DNA of 64,000 nucleotides from Promethearchaeota archaeon (GCA_030599585.1 JAUVNS010000009.1:1-64000); one strand, 5' to 3'. Shown: positions 10,393 through 20,341, counted from the first letter of the stretch. A program made the numbers and translations. Notes: generated from the sequence alone by a model not told the origin.

Positions 10393-10410
10393 TTCCGGAG
10401 TTTTTACTCC
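10393..10410 (+). repeat. Dispersed repeat, copy 4 (18-bp right part TTCCGGAGTTTTTACTCC)
   Basis: Exact 18-bp match starting 2 nt after the GTPase stop codon; followed by a T-rich tract. Confidence 0.88.
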
Positions 10411-10581
10411 AAACTTTTCTCTTTTTATTTTTTTTTTTAAATTCCAAATAATTATCGTTTTCTGACAAAAACGTACAAGATTTAAATACCTACTAAACTA
10501 GTTATTACTCACATCGAAATCTAACTTAAAAACCAGCTCAAAAACATATTTAAATTAAAAATTAAAATAGAGGTGAAAAAT

Positions 10582-10911
10582 ATGCCATATTTAATTAGTT
10601 TTGCGAAATGGCCGAGTCACAAATCGGCTGAAGTGATGAAAAAAGCTATTGAATCTGCTAAGAAATTTCCTGAAGATAAGTCCTTCGGAGAGGATTTAGT
10701 TTCTGACAATGCGATTAAAGCATCTGAAGATGGGGTAAGATCCCTGTCTGTTCTCAATGTAAGTAAAGGCAAACTTGAGGAGGCGTATCTACGTGGGCAA
10801 GCTGTTGGGAATTTATTTGCTTTGGGTATTGACGGTTTTGAATATACACTAGAGGTTTGGTCAACGCTAGAGGAGGCTTATGGGTCGATTGGTCAAAAAC
10901 CACCTGAATAG
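10582..10911 (+). CDS. Hypothetical protein (small alpha/beta)
   Basis: ORF 10573-10911; GAGGTGA SD at 10570-10576 favours ATG at 10582. Confidence 0.7.
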   Translation: MPYLISFAKWPSHKSAEVMKKAIESAKKFPEDKSFGEDLVSDNAIKASEDGVRSLSVLNVSKGKLEEAYLRGQAVGNLFALGIDGFEYTLEVWSTLEEAYGSIGQKPPE

Positions 10912-11076
10912 ACTTCAATTATTTAATAAAATTTTAATCTTTTTTTTCATATCTTTTTTAAATTTATGAATAATAACGATATAATCATAGATTTCTCATA
11001 AGAGCCAAGAAACTAGTTTCGTAGGAAAGTAAAAAAAAAAATATTCTAATTTAATTTCTAGGTTTTCACATACTTT

Positions 11077-11286
11077 TTATCTTTTAATAAGGTGGAAAGC
11101 GTACACTGTATCTGAACCCGCCACATTTACGAGATCGTATCCGTTTTTTGTCGCATAATTTTCTATATACGCTAGAGCTTCGGAATAAAAACCTTTTTTA
11201 TCGAATTTCATAGTTTTAACTTCGGTGGAACTGGCGTGGCTTAAAGAACGAGCAAGCAAATTTATTGTGATAGTATCAATTTTCAT
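11077..11286 (-). CDS. Small hypothetical protein (69 aa)
   Basis: GGGAG SD upstream of ATG at 11286; NGYDLVNV...FHL pattern resembles small DUF4177-like proteins. Confidence 0.55.
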   Translation of the reverse strand: MKIDTITINLLARSLSHASSTEVKTMKFDKKGFYSEALAYIENYATKNGYDLVNVAGSDTVYAFHLIKR

Positions 11287-11474
11287 GTTAAATCTCCCTT
11301 GATTTTGGTTAAATATTTTATAAAATACTTTAAATTTTAACTTCAAATTAAGCAGAAAAAGAATTTAACACTTAGCATTATAACAATTAAAAATTAGCAA
11401 TTAGAAATTCAAAAAAAAAAAAAATTAAATTGATATATTATATTTCGATACATCTAATGCGTATTTTTTGGGCA

Positions 11475-12506
11475 TTAGATATATCTTTGGCTTACATTTG
11501 TTTGAAAAACTTGTTCTTGCCGATCAGAGCTACTGCTTCCTCCTCTTTTTGAAACGATATAGAACTGGACTAAAGAATTTTCGTGAACTAGGGTGTTGCC
11601 TCTCCATTTTTTGTCTTTCGACTCAAATTCGACTACTTCACCGAGTCCTATACCTTTTCTTTCGGAAAAATTCAACTTTAACTTTTGTAATGCCTTTATC
11701 AAGTGCTTATCGTATTGGCCTGACATTTCCTTATAGGATTTATCTTTAAATCTCAGCGATTCTATCGCAAAAGCTTTAAGGATGTCTTTGTTCATTGTTT
11801 CCCATACTTTAGGATTTGCGTAAAACTCTATGCCAATAAACTCACCGTTGATAAAAGTTGCTATTCCGCATTGTTTTTCTTGGTTTTTAAAAGAATTTAC
11901 TATCTCGTCTGTTTCCTTATCAATATTTTCTGTCATTTCAAGATAGCTTTGAGATGGGGCAATATTAGCGTTATAGTTCATTTCAGTTCTATAAGCTTGT
12001 ATTTCGTTCCAAACCGACCCCTGACCTACAGAAGATATAGCTGAGTAGGCAACATTAGGATGTAATCTTGTATTAGAAGATTTAAATCCTTTTTCTTTGC
12101 GATAACTCCATCTAGATTGTTCGACACACTTAGCTGGAACGGTATATTTTTGTTCCATAGGACCGTTATTGCCACCAGATAAGTTTTGTTTTCTTCCAGC
12201 AGCTAATAGGATTGGTTCCCATATTGTCCTATCTTGTTTTCCACCATGGACTGTTACGCCGAAAGGGATCAATACTTGTTTATCGCTATTATTAACTACT
12301 TCTAATTGACTGACGGTATCTGTTTCGTTTATACTTACTAATCCAAGGTCCTCAGCTTCTTTAACGCTAATAAAATCTAAGGTTTTACCCTTATAGATAA
12401 TTGGGACAACTGTCATATTACCGTGAGATTGAGGTTTTCCAAGTTCTAACATTTCTGAAGGATTTTCAAAGAGCATTTCTACTATTTGAACGCTTACATT
12501 TTTCAT
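11475..12506 (-). CDS. ARPP-1 (DUF6569) domain protein
   Basis: GGKQDR, CVEQSRW and QGSVW motifs typical of the family. Confidence 0.75.
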   Translation of the reverse strand: MKNVSVQIVEMLFENPSEMLELGKPQSHGNMTVVPIIYKGKTLDFISVKEAEDLGLVSINETDTVSQLEVVNNSDKQVLIPFGVTVHGGKQDRTIWEPILLAAGRKQNLSGGNNGPMEQKYTVPAKCVEQSRWSYRKEKGFKSSNTRLHPNVAYSAISSVGQGSVWNEIQAYRTEMNYNANIAPSQSYLEMTENIDKETDEIVNSFKNQEKQCGIATFINGEFIGIEFYANPKVWETMNKDILKAFAIESLRFKDKSYKEMSGQYDKHLIKALQKLKLNFSERKGIGLGEVVEFESKDKKWRGNTLVHENSLVQFYIVSKRGGSSSSDRQEQVFQTNVSQRYI

Positions 12507-12931
12507 AATTTACTTTCCTCCTTTTTTTTTTTACTAACACTTTTTGCTTTATGCTTTTCTTCCACCATTACTTTTTCGTAAAGGGGGTCTACAAATTGTT
12601 TTACGACGTCTTTACCGTTCTTAGTAAGTTCGACACCATAAGAGATTTTTAATTTTCCTTCCTTGGTTACTTTGTTAACTATCGCACCTTTAAATTTTAA
12701 TGCGTCCTCTTGGGACACTTCCATTTTTTGCGTTTTGATAATTCCTCCTCTCTTTAAGGCGCCTAAGTGATAATTAATGTTCTGACGATCAACTTCTAAT
12801 TTATTTGCTAAGTCTATTGGTCTTTGAGAGCTTGTAGATAATTCTCTTACTATATCTACTCTCATAGAATTTCGAAACACGAGACCGACCTTTTCGAAAA
12901 TTGGTTTTTTTTTTTCTTTTTTTTCAGGCAT
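12503..12931 (-). CDS. ArsR-family winged-HTH regulator
   Basis: MRVDIVREL...RPIDLANKLEVDRQNINYHLGALKRGGII; 4-nt overlap with the ARPP-1 gene. Confidence 0.8.
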   Translation of the reverse strand: MPEKKEKKKPIFEKVGLVFRNSMRVDIVRELSTSSQRPIDLANKLEVDRQNINYHLGALKRGGIIKTQKMEVSQEDALKFKGAIVNKVTKEGKLKISYGVELTKNGKDVVKQFVDPLYEKVMVEEKHKAKSVSKKKKEESKL

Positions 12932-12946
12932 AAAGCGATCACAATT

Positions 12947-12979
12947 TTTTTACTGTAAAAATCTTTTTTACTATAAAAA
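12947..12979. promoter_or_regulatory. Tandem palindromic operator candidate upstream of the ArsR gene
   Basis: TTTTTAC-T-GTAAAAA (12947-12961, perfect) and TTTTTAC-T-ATAAAAA (12965-12979), 18 bp apart. Confidence 0.5.
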
Positions 12980-13115
12980 CAATTATTACATTTCTTATTT
13001 AAATGTATGTGTTGAAATTAGGTTTTTTATGGAGAAAAATAGAATACAATTAGGCAAAAGGGAAGAGTTGAACGCATCCTTGGCAAGAATGCTAATCAAT
13101 TAATAAAATTTGAGT

Positions 13116-13337
13116 TTATATTTTGATACTAACCTTTTCTTGAGTTAAGAGCTTCGAAGGATTTAAACTTCTTCTTGTGAAAACTAAGGTTGAAGGGCCT
13201 AAATGTTCTTGATTTGTATCAATTCTGAAATTTGGTCTTTTTAAAAACAAATTCAAAATTTTTAACTCGTTTAATGTTAAATTTAAGGATTGTAGAAATT
13301 TCGGGTGACGATAGTCTTCCCAACTGATATTAAGCAT
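13116..13337 (-). CDS. Small hypothetical protein
   Basis: ATG-started 73-aa ORF filling an otherwise empty gap. Confidence 0.4.
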   Translation of the reverse strand: MLNISWEDYRHPKFLQSLNLTLNELKILNLFLKRPNFRIDTNQEHLGPSTLVFTRRSLNPSKLLTQEKVSIKI

Positions 13338-13542
13338 AATACTATTGTTGTGATCTATTTAAATTATAAACACAATGACTATGAGAGTTTTCTATTATTT
13401 TTACAGAAAGGAACGTAATTATCTCATTTCGAATAATTTAACTTAATTCAAACTTTTTCTAGCGCAGTAGTTTCCCTTTAACATACCAATATTGTAAAGT
13501 AATTTTATTAGATTAAATCCAAAATAATAAACGAAATTTTGA

Positions 13543-15021
13543 ATGAAAATGGATAGTGACAACATAATCGACGTATTCCTACACCCTAAGTCGGTAGCTG
13601 TTATTGGTGCTTCAAAAAAATTAACAAAAGGCGGATTTCGGATTGCTACTAATCTTATTACTAACAATTTCAGAGGTAAAGTTCATCTTATAAACCCTAA
13701 TGCGGAAGGAAAGCTCTACGATATAGAATTTAAAAAGAGTATTTTAGATGTCGATGACGAGGTTGACATAGCAATATTTTACGTTCCAAATCGACTTATT
13801 CCAGACATCATAAAGGATTGCGTGAAAAAAGGAGTAAAAGGAGCGATAATTGAAGCATCGGGTTTCGAAGAAGTTGGCGAAAAAGGTCTCGAATTAAAAA
13901 AAAAAATACTTGAGATAACAGACAATTTTACTAAATTAAGGATAGTTGGTCCTAATTGTATGGGTCTTAGTACTATCAATGGAGACAGCGATAGTAACGA
14001 AAAAGAAGGTTTTTTTTCAGGATTTGGTGTTTTTTCTACGTATAAGAGAGGAAACATTGCGTTGATTAGTCAATCGGGGATGCTTAATGGCGGTTATTTA
14101 ATGCACGTAATGACGAAATATCCAAATTTAGGATTTCGATATTCCTGTTCGATCGGAAACAAGATGGATTTGAGCGAAATTGAATTTCTGGAATATATGA
14201 TCGAGGACGATACCGTAAATGTTATAGCAATATACTTAGAATCGTTTAAAGACTCAAGAAAATTTATTGAATTATGCAAAAAAGCTAGGTCTATGCCAAA
14301 TAAGACCGTTATTCTGCTTAGAGGTGGAGTTACGCCTCAAGGTCAAAAAGCAACTCGAAGTCACACAGGTTCTTTAGCAGAAAATTCTAACTTAATAGAC
14401 GGGATCGTTAAACAATCAGGAGTAATTAATGCTAACAATTTTTACGAGTTATTTCAATATGCGCGCACTTTCTCGTTAATGTACTTATCAAATAAAACGC
14501 TCCCTAAGAAAGGTAACGCCTCGTTTGTGGCAGGATCCGGAGGAGCAGGAACGATTACAGCGGATCTCACTTTTAAATACGGCTTAAAATTTCCTATTCT
14601 TGGCGAGAAAACTTACGCTGCTCTCGTTGAAGTATTTCCCGAGTGGATGCCTCCAAACAACTTTGCGTTTGTAGATATATGGCCGGCAATGGAAAAAGCA
14701 ATGATGAATAATGTAAAACCCGAGGTGGTAACATCTCGAGTGTACGAAGCTTTATTGAAAGACTCTAACATTGAAGGTATTTTCAACATGATGTTTTGCT
14801 CTCGACAGTTTAGAGCTATGAATAATGTCGACGATATCATAGTCAACGCAAATCGAGCTTCAAAACCGATATTCTTTTGGTTAATTGGCGAGGCAAAGGA
14901 AGTTGGGAGAATCTCCAAAAAATTAGCTAAACATAATCTACCTAATTTTCCCAGCTTAGAAGAGATGGTTAAAAATTTTAGTATTTTAGTACACAAATCA
15001 AAGAGTATGAATCTCTCTTAA
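13543..15021 (+). CDS. Acyl-CoA synthetase (NDP-forming), alpha-subunit-like
   Basis: SVAVIGAS CoA-binding fold, GPNCMG, SQSG, SIGNKMD, SHTGSLA phospho-His. Confidence 0.88.
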   Translation: MKMDSDNIIDVFLHPKSVAVIGASKKLTKGGFRIATNLITNNFRGKVHLINPNAEGKLYDIEFKKSILDVDDEVDIAIFYVPNRLIPDIIKDCVKKGVKGAIIEASGFEEVGEKGLELKKKILEITDNFTKLRIVGPNCMGLSTINGDSDSNEKEGFFSGFGVFSTYKRGNIALISQSGMLNGGYLMHVMTKYPNLGFRYSCSIGNKMDLSEIEFLEYMIEDDTVNVIAIYLESFKDSRKFIELCKKARSMPNKTVILLRGGVTPQGQKATRSHTGSLAENSNLIDGIVKQSGVINANNFYELFQYARTFSLMYLSNKTLPKKGNASFVAGSGGAGTITADLTFKYGLKFPILGEKTYAALVEVFPEWMPPNNFAFVDIWPAMEKAMMNNVKPEVVTSRVYEALLKDSNIEGIFNMMFCSRQFRAMNNVDDIIVNANRASKPIFFWLIGEAKEVGRISKKLAKHNLPNFPSLEEMVKNFSILVHKSKSMNLS

Positions 15022-15111
15022 CCTTCCTGAGTAAAAAAAAATCAAAATTCACGATTAAAAAAATGACCACTCCGCTTCATTCTAGCAATTTAAATGACGG
15101 AGGAATATAAA

Positions 15112-15822
15112 TTATAATTTTATTTTATATTTTTGTAGTTTCCAAGCTCCGTATCCTTGAATCAAAAAGCAGATTAAAAAGGAATATTGCGATACTTTTT
15201 GCATGGAAGCTTGTATAATTAGTCCATCTAAAGTGATAGATTTTGGTATGCTTATTAAAACAATAGTGTAAGTAATTCCGACAATTAGTAGGGCAATATA
15301 AACGAACGCATATCGGTTAGGATAATCTTTGTTGTAAAGAACTGCGACGGTAAAAAAAACAATTCCTAAAACGCCGGTAAGATTGAACAAATTGGCGAAA
15401 AGTAGATGAGTATTTGCAAATATATCCCATGGGGTGAGTATCGTACCGATCAGAAAAATTATTGAAGTAAGACACACTAACGAGCCAACTCTTACTATTA
15501 GATATAACTTTCTATCGTTCTTGAAAAACGATGTAATTGCAAAAGCGAAAGGTATGAACGAGATACTTAGAATTAACGCAGTAATCGTAAATATTACGAA
15601 CGAAATATCGTTTGGAGCACCTGATAGTGCGATGACTCGACCTAAATCGCTAAAGAAATTACCCCAAAAAAAATATCCTGGACTAATGGGATTGATAAGG
15701 GTCCCCCCGGCGTAAAACAGCATAGCTACAGCGGTCAAAATAATATATTGGGCGGGACCAAATATTATGAACAGTGAAGCAAATATTTTCCAATTTTTAT
15801 GTATTTTCATTAACATTACCAA
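15112..15822 (-). CDS. DUF998-like membrane protein
   Basis: YAGG...NFFSDLG motif; about 6 TMs. Confidence 0.65.
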   Translation of the reverse strand: MVMLMKIHKNWKIFASLFIIFGPAQYIILTAVAMLFYAGGTLINPISPGYFFWGNFFSDLGRVIALSGAPNDISFVIFTITALILSISFIPFAFAITSFFKNDRKLYLIVRVGSLVCLTSIIFLIGTILTPWDIFANTHLLFANLFNLTGVLGIVFFTVAVLYNKDYPNRYAFVYIALLIVGITYTIVLISIPKSITLDGLIIQASMQKVSQYSFLICFLIQGYGAWKLQKYKIKL

Positions 15823-15962
15823 ATGATTTAACTACTTATATTATTGAATTAATCTTTTTAAAGCTCGAAAATTATTTAAAAAATGTAAAAAAAATTAAGA
15901 AAAAAATATTATTTTTAACTAATCATTCATGGTAACTTCAATTTAGATCGTGTGAAGCACTA

Positions 15963-16775
15963 TCATCTTGCATATTTAGGTTTGGTTATGAATCCTGTAA
16001 ACATTAGTAGGTTTACTCCTACATCGATAATTTCAGCGATTATACTATAATAAATATTGGTTGAGATGAGAATCGTCCTGATTAAACTTGAAGCTATAAA
16101 ACAGATAAACGCTATTCCGATTATTAACCCATTTGCTTGAGAGAGTCGCTTATTTTTGTACATAAATAAAAACATAAACGCAATGCTAACAAAGCTGACA
16201 ATTGTTATTAACGGAGAAACTAGATTAAGGAAACCTAAGGTTGGAGCTAAAACAATTACTGATATTGTAATCAGCACAAAAATTAAAATAACCCTTAACC
16301 TTAGCCTGTTAAATTGCTTTTTCTTCATATCTTTATTCGTGTTCATATTAATGTATACCAGAACCGCATCTAAACCAATATACAATATTGGCATCAAGTT
16401 TGCGATTATTATAAAAAATCTGATTTTTACCAACAATAAAATAAATCCGGTATCAAACAAGCCCGAGATTATAGCAGGATTGTAGATAAGATCGTAAACC
16501 TTTGCCCATGTAAATATTCCAAAAAACGATGCAAATAAGAAGTAAGCATCTGAAATATAAATAGCTTCCTGCTTTAACCATTTACGATAGAGAAAGAACG
16601 ACATAAGACCTAAGATTAAAATCCTAGTAATTATTGCAATTAGACCAATCTCGTTTTCAAATATAGTAGTAGCCAAAATTGGGCCATAAAATGAAAACAA
16701 CAATGCAAATACCGCTAATAAAGCAAGATTTACCGCAAGAATGCGGTACAAAAACTTTTTCTTTTTACCTTCCAT
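15963..16775 (-). CDS. Polytopic membrane protein (about 8 TM), unknown function
   Basis: Eight hydrophobic segments with basic loops. Confidence 0.7.
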   Translation of the reverse strand: MEGKKKKFLYRILAVNLALLAVFALLFSFYGPILATTIFENEIGLIAIITRILILGLMSFFLYRKWLKQEAIYISDAYFLFASFFGIFTWAKVYDLIYNPAIISGLFDTGFILLLVKIRFFIIIANLMPILYIGLDAVLVYINMNTNKDMKKKQFNRLRLRVILIFVLITISVIVLAPTLGFLNLVSPLITIVSFVSIAFMFLFMYKNKRLSQANGLIIGIAFICFIASSLIRTILISTNIYYSIIAEIIDVGVNLLMFTGFITKPKYAR

Positions 16776-16980
16776 TTTTAAATCCCATTTTCAATGAATT
16801 TTAAAATAACAACTAATCTAATCATTATTTTGTAAATTGGTTTAATAAACCCTCTTCTTTTTTAATTATTATAAAACTTAATTTTAAGAACAAGAATTTG
16901 CATTATTTATGAAATAAGACGTTTTTTCGACACAAAAAACTATTCTGTAATTCAAATACTCGTTTAGGATCGAAGTTTGT

Positions 16981-18357
16981 ATGGTTTATTTTAAGATTAA
17001 TGGTTTAGGATATAATTGCGGAGAGATCGAGAGTAACTGCCCACAGAAAGCGCAATCTTGTAGGGAATGTGTTAAAAAGCGATTATTGGATTTAGGGTTC
17101 GAATTTGAAGCAACAGTAGAGCTTATTAAAGTTGAATCTGTCGGTAAACAACTTAAACTAGAAAGGGAAACCATTTGGAAGAAGTTTTTAGATGTTTTGA
17201 ACATAAAACATATTTTATTGATGGATAAGCGTTCAGGGCTAACAATATTAAATTACGCTGTTTCAGGTGTCGATATTGATGCGAATTTATTGAGCGGATT
17301 TATTCAAGCTAACATAACTTTTTCAGAATCTAGCGAGGTCTCGAAAAAACCAGTTGTACCTTCAATCGAGTTTCAATTCTACGAATTTCAGTATAAGAAG
17401 TTTAATCTTCTACTTAAAGATGGAGAAATTATCAGAGTTTGTTTAATTCTCGATCATAAAGCATCCATTAAACTAAGGAATCAAGTATTTCAGTTCTTAG
17501 AAGATTTTGAACCTCAATTTAAAGAAGAACTTATAGATTTTCGAGAAAAGGGAGCCTCTTTTGAATTTCAAGACATGATAAATTATATCGTTGATTTTTT
17601 TAACATTAACCTTATGTTTCCCATGACCTTAGCTCGCTCGATACCACCATATGAATTAGATAATGTAAAAAGAAATCTAGTTCAGAAAGCTATATACAAC
17701 CTCGCAAAAGAGATGTTAACCATAAAGCCCTTTTTTTTCATAAATAACATGCTCATCAGGCTAAAAAAAATAGCTGATATTAAGGACGAAGTTATTCTTT
17801 ATGAACTCTATCAGCTATTAGAGCGTAAAATTATATCTCCAACGCCTATAGAAACAATTGCAAATAACATTGAATCAGTTCAGACCGCAGATCAGAATAA
17901 AATGGTAAAATCGAGTTTAATATCATCAATCATTAATAACAATACCGATCTGAGTGATTTAAAAGAACAATTAACTACAATGGACGTTTACTCCGCGCGT
18001 AGATTGATTAGAGAGATTATGAAAAAAGCTCGAGTTGCAACAAAAGATTCCAAATTTCAAGTAACCTTAAATGAATACAATAGAGCGCTATTTATTGCTA
18101 AAGAACTAAAATTTAAAGAGGAAATTGAGAAGATATCCCTTAAGATTTTTAACATCGAAAGTAAGTCTAAATACATAGAACTTGATTTTAATATAGAAAA
18201 AGCAGAAAATGCTGAAAAAAAGGGCGATGTTTTCAATAGCATCAACTATTATCAACATGCCCTAAAAATTCTTGATGAATTCAAGGTGTACAATGTCGTG
18301 GATCCCCGAATAAGAAAAATTAAAAAAAAAATCCAAAAACTCAGAGAAGATATATAA
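16981..18357 (+). CDS. Longin-like domain protein with N-terminal Cys motif and C-terminal helical (TPR-like) region
   Basis: HILLMDKRSGLTI...LLSGFIQA pattern as in Asgard longin-like proteins; C-x6-C-x6-C-x2-C N-terminus. Confidence 0.6.
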   Translation: MVYFKINGLGYNCGEIESNCPQKAQSCRECVKKRLLDLGFEFEATVELIKVESVGKQLKLERETIWKKFLDVLNIKHILLMDKRSGLTILNYAVSGVDIDANLLSGFIQANITFSESSEVSKKPVVPSIEFQFYEFQYKKFNLLLKDGEIIRVCLILDHKASIKLRNQVFQFLEDFEPQFKEELIDFREKGASFEFQDMINYIVDFFNINLMFPMTLARSIPPYELDNVKRNLVQKAIYNLAKEMLTIKPFFFINNMLIRLKKIADIKDEVILYELYQLLERKIISPTPIETIANNIESVQTADQNKMVKSSLISSIINNNTDLSDLKEQLTTMDVYSARRLIREIMKKARVATKDSKFQVTLNEYNRALFIAKELKFKEEIEKISLKIFNIESKSKYIELDFNIEKAENAEKKGDVFNSINYYQHALKILDEFKVYNVVDPRIRKIKKKIQKLREDI

Positions 18358-18575
18358 AATCGTTTTTGAGATCGAATAAGCTTGATTTATTTTCATTTAA
18401 AATAATCCTTACAGATTTTACTTTGCTTTTAGGAGCGTATCAAATAAAATATACACCCTTTTCAACTTTTTTATAAAAAACTATTGGGTGTGTGATAGTA
18501 AGAAAATTTTTTTACATGCTAATATTTCTTAATTTAGTTTCGTAAATTACTTTTTAAATTAATACACAATCTACA

Positions 18576-19091
18576 GTGATTAAGATGAAAACAGTAAAAG
18601 TTATTGTATCTGGGGATGGAGGCGTAGGAAAAACCTCTTTTTTAGATCGCCTCGTCCACGATAGCTTTTACGAGGATAATAAGTTAACCCGAGGTGTTGA
18701 TTTTTATTCGAAAAACATCACGGTCAATGGGATTGAACTGAATTTTATAATGTGGGATTTTGCTGGTCAAGCTCAATTTAAAACGCTTTTAAATGATTTT
18801 GTAGAAGGTTCTATCGCAGCCGTTATCCTTTTTGACTTAACCCGCATTAATACCATTGAAAATGTATACGAGTGGATAAAAGCATTAGAGCCTTTTGGAA
18901 ACCTTCCTGTATTATTAATAGGAACAAAAAGCGATCTTGTTACGCCATCTGATACCCTAACGATAGATAATTACATCCTCGATATTGTGAATCAGCACGA
19001 AAATATTATTACCTATCTTAAAATATCTTCAAAAACTGGAGAAAACATAAAAAACGCTTTTGAAATTTTAATTGGAAGTCTTTGCCTTTAA
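18576..19091 (+). CDS. Ras-superfamily (Rab/Roc-like) small GTPase
   Basis: GDGGVGKT, TRGVDF, WDFAGQ, TKSD, SSK. Confidence 0.88.
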   Translation: MIKMKTVKVIVSGDGGVGKTSFLDRLVHDSFYEDNKLTRGVDFYSKNITVNGIELNFIMWDFAGQAQFKTLLNDFVEGSIAAVILFDLTRINTIENVYEWIKALEPFGNLPVLLIGTKSDLVTPSDTLTIDNYILDIVNQHENIITYLKISSKTGENIKNAFEILIGSLCL

Positions 19092-19115
19092 TTAGACGTA
19101 AAAACATTTCTAACC

Positions 19116-20141
19116 TTAAATTTTCTCGACCCATCCAAATTCGTCGTCTATATCCAGACGTTGAATGCCAGTTAGTGTTTCGTAAACCTTTCGAGTAATT
19201 TCTCCTGGTTCCCCTTCGCTGAAAATCCGTTTTTTCTCCTCGAGAACAACCGATTTAATAGGAGTAATAACAGCAGCAGTTCCCGAGCAAAAAGCTTCGG
19301 TGCACGATACGTCAAAAAGCTCTTTGTAGGAAATGTCTCTTTCTTCCGTTTTCATTCCAATTTTTTTTGAAGCTAGTTCTAAAATCGATTTTCGTGTGAT
19401 TCCCGGCAAAATTGTGCCAGCAGTTTTCGGTGTTACTAAGACTCCGTCAATCACAGCGAAGAAGTTCGCAGCTCCAACCTCATCAACATATTCTTTATGA
19501 ACTGCATCCAAAAAAATAACCTGCGCAAAACCTCTTTCCTTAGCTTCTTTGGCGGGTAGCATGGAACCTGCGTAATTACAACACGTTTTACTCGAACCTG
19601 TTCCGCCCGGAGCCGCTCTTGTGTATTTCTTCGTGATTTCTAAATCTATACCTTGAAACCCTTCTGGAAAATAGGGTCCTACCGGAACGGTAAAGATTAT
19701 CATTTTATACTCACCAGCGGGTTTTACTCCAACTATAGGGCCCGTCCCAATCATTAATGGGCGAATGTAAAGAGCTCCACCACTATCATAAGGTGGTACA
19801 TAATCCTCATTAGCCTTCACTACTTTTTTTACGGCAGAAACAAAACTATTTGTGTCATAATTGGGTATGAGCATTCTTGCAGCGCTATCGTTGAATCTCT
19901 TTGCGTTCTCCTTAGGTCTAAACAGAACGTGATCGCCCTTTTTAGTTTTTAATGCTTTCATCCCTTCGAAAATTCCTTGGCCATAGTTTAATATGCACGC
20001 TGCAGGTGAAATCTCAAAGTTACCAAACGGGACTAACGTACCCTCGTCCCATCTACCGTCTTTGTAATTTGATACAAACATGGTCTTTGTTTCAATAAAT
20101 TCGAACCCTAGAGCGTAGTAATCTATATCTTTAGCATCCAT
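19116..20141 (-). CDS. ilvE: Branched-chain amino acid aminotransferase
   Basis: LNYGQGIFEGMKA, LYIRP, KTCCNYA (PLP Lys), ILPGITRKS, SGTAAVITP. Confidence 0.93.
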   Translation of the reverse strand: MDAKDIDYYALGFEFIETKTMFVSNYKDGRWDEGTLVPFGNFEISPAACILNYGQGIFEGMKALKTKKGDHVLFRPKENAKRFNDSAARMLIPNYDTNSFVSAVKKVVKANEDYVPPYDSGGALYIRPLMIGTGPIVGVKPAGEYKMIIFTVPVGPYFPEGFQGIDLEITKKYTRAAPGGTGSSKTCCNYAGSMLPAKEAKERGFAQVIFLDAVHKEYVDEVGAANFFAVIDGVLVTPKTAGTILPGITRKSILELASKKIGMKTEERDISYKELFDVSCTEAFCSGTAAVITPIKSVVLEEKKRIFSEGEPGEITRKVYETLTGIQRLDIDDEFGWVEKI

Positions 20142-20341
20142 TAATATCTTATCCTCGTTAATTTTATCAGAATTATTTAATGATTTGTTTCTTAAAAAAT
20201 CTTGTTGATAAAACTTGATCGTCCTTATTTGTTGTTATTTGCATAAAGATCTAAAAATCAATAAAAATAAATAAATTAAATGAGATTTATAAATTAATTT
20301 CAAATAATATCTTCGAGTAAATAGTAATTTTCTAATTAATA

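Noticed and set aside
4783-10410. The 22-bp repeats as a CRISPR array
   Set aside because: Spacing is about 1-3 kb with whole genes in between rather than 30-45 nt spacers, and there is no cas1/cas2.
13029-13103. 24-codon + strand ORF (MEKNRIQLGKREELNASLARMLIN)
   Set aside because: Too short, with no motif or other support.
15070-15102. Hairpin (CTCCG..TCATT/AATGA.CGGAG) as a SECIS element
   Set aside because: There is no convincing SECIS core and no in-frame UGA gene nearby; a terminator structure between convergent genes is more likely.
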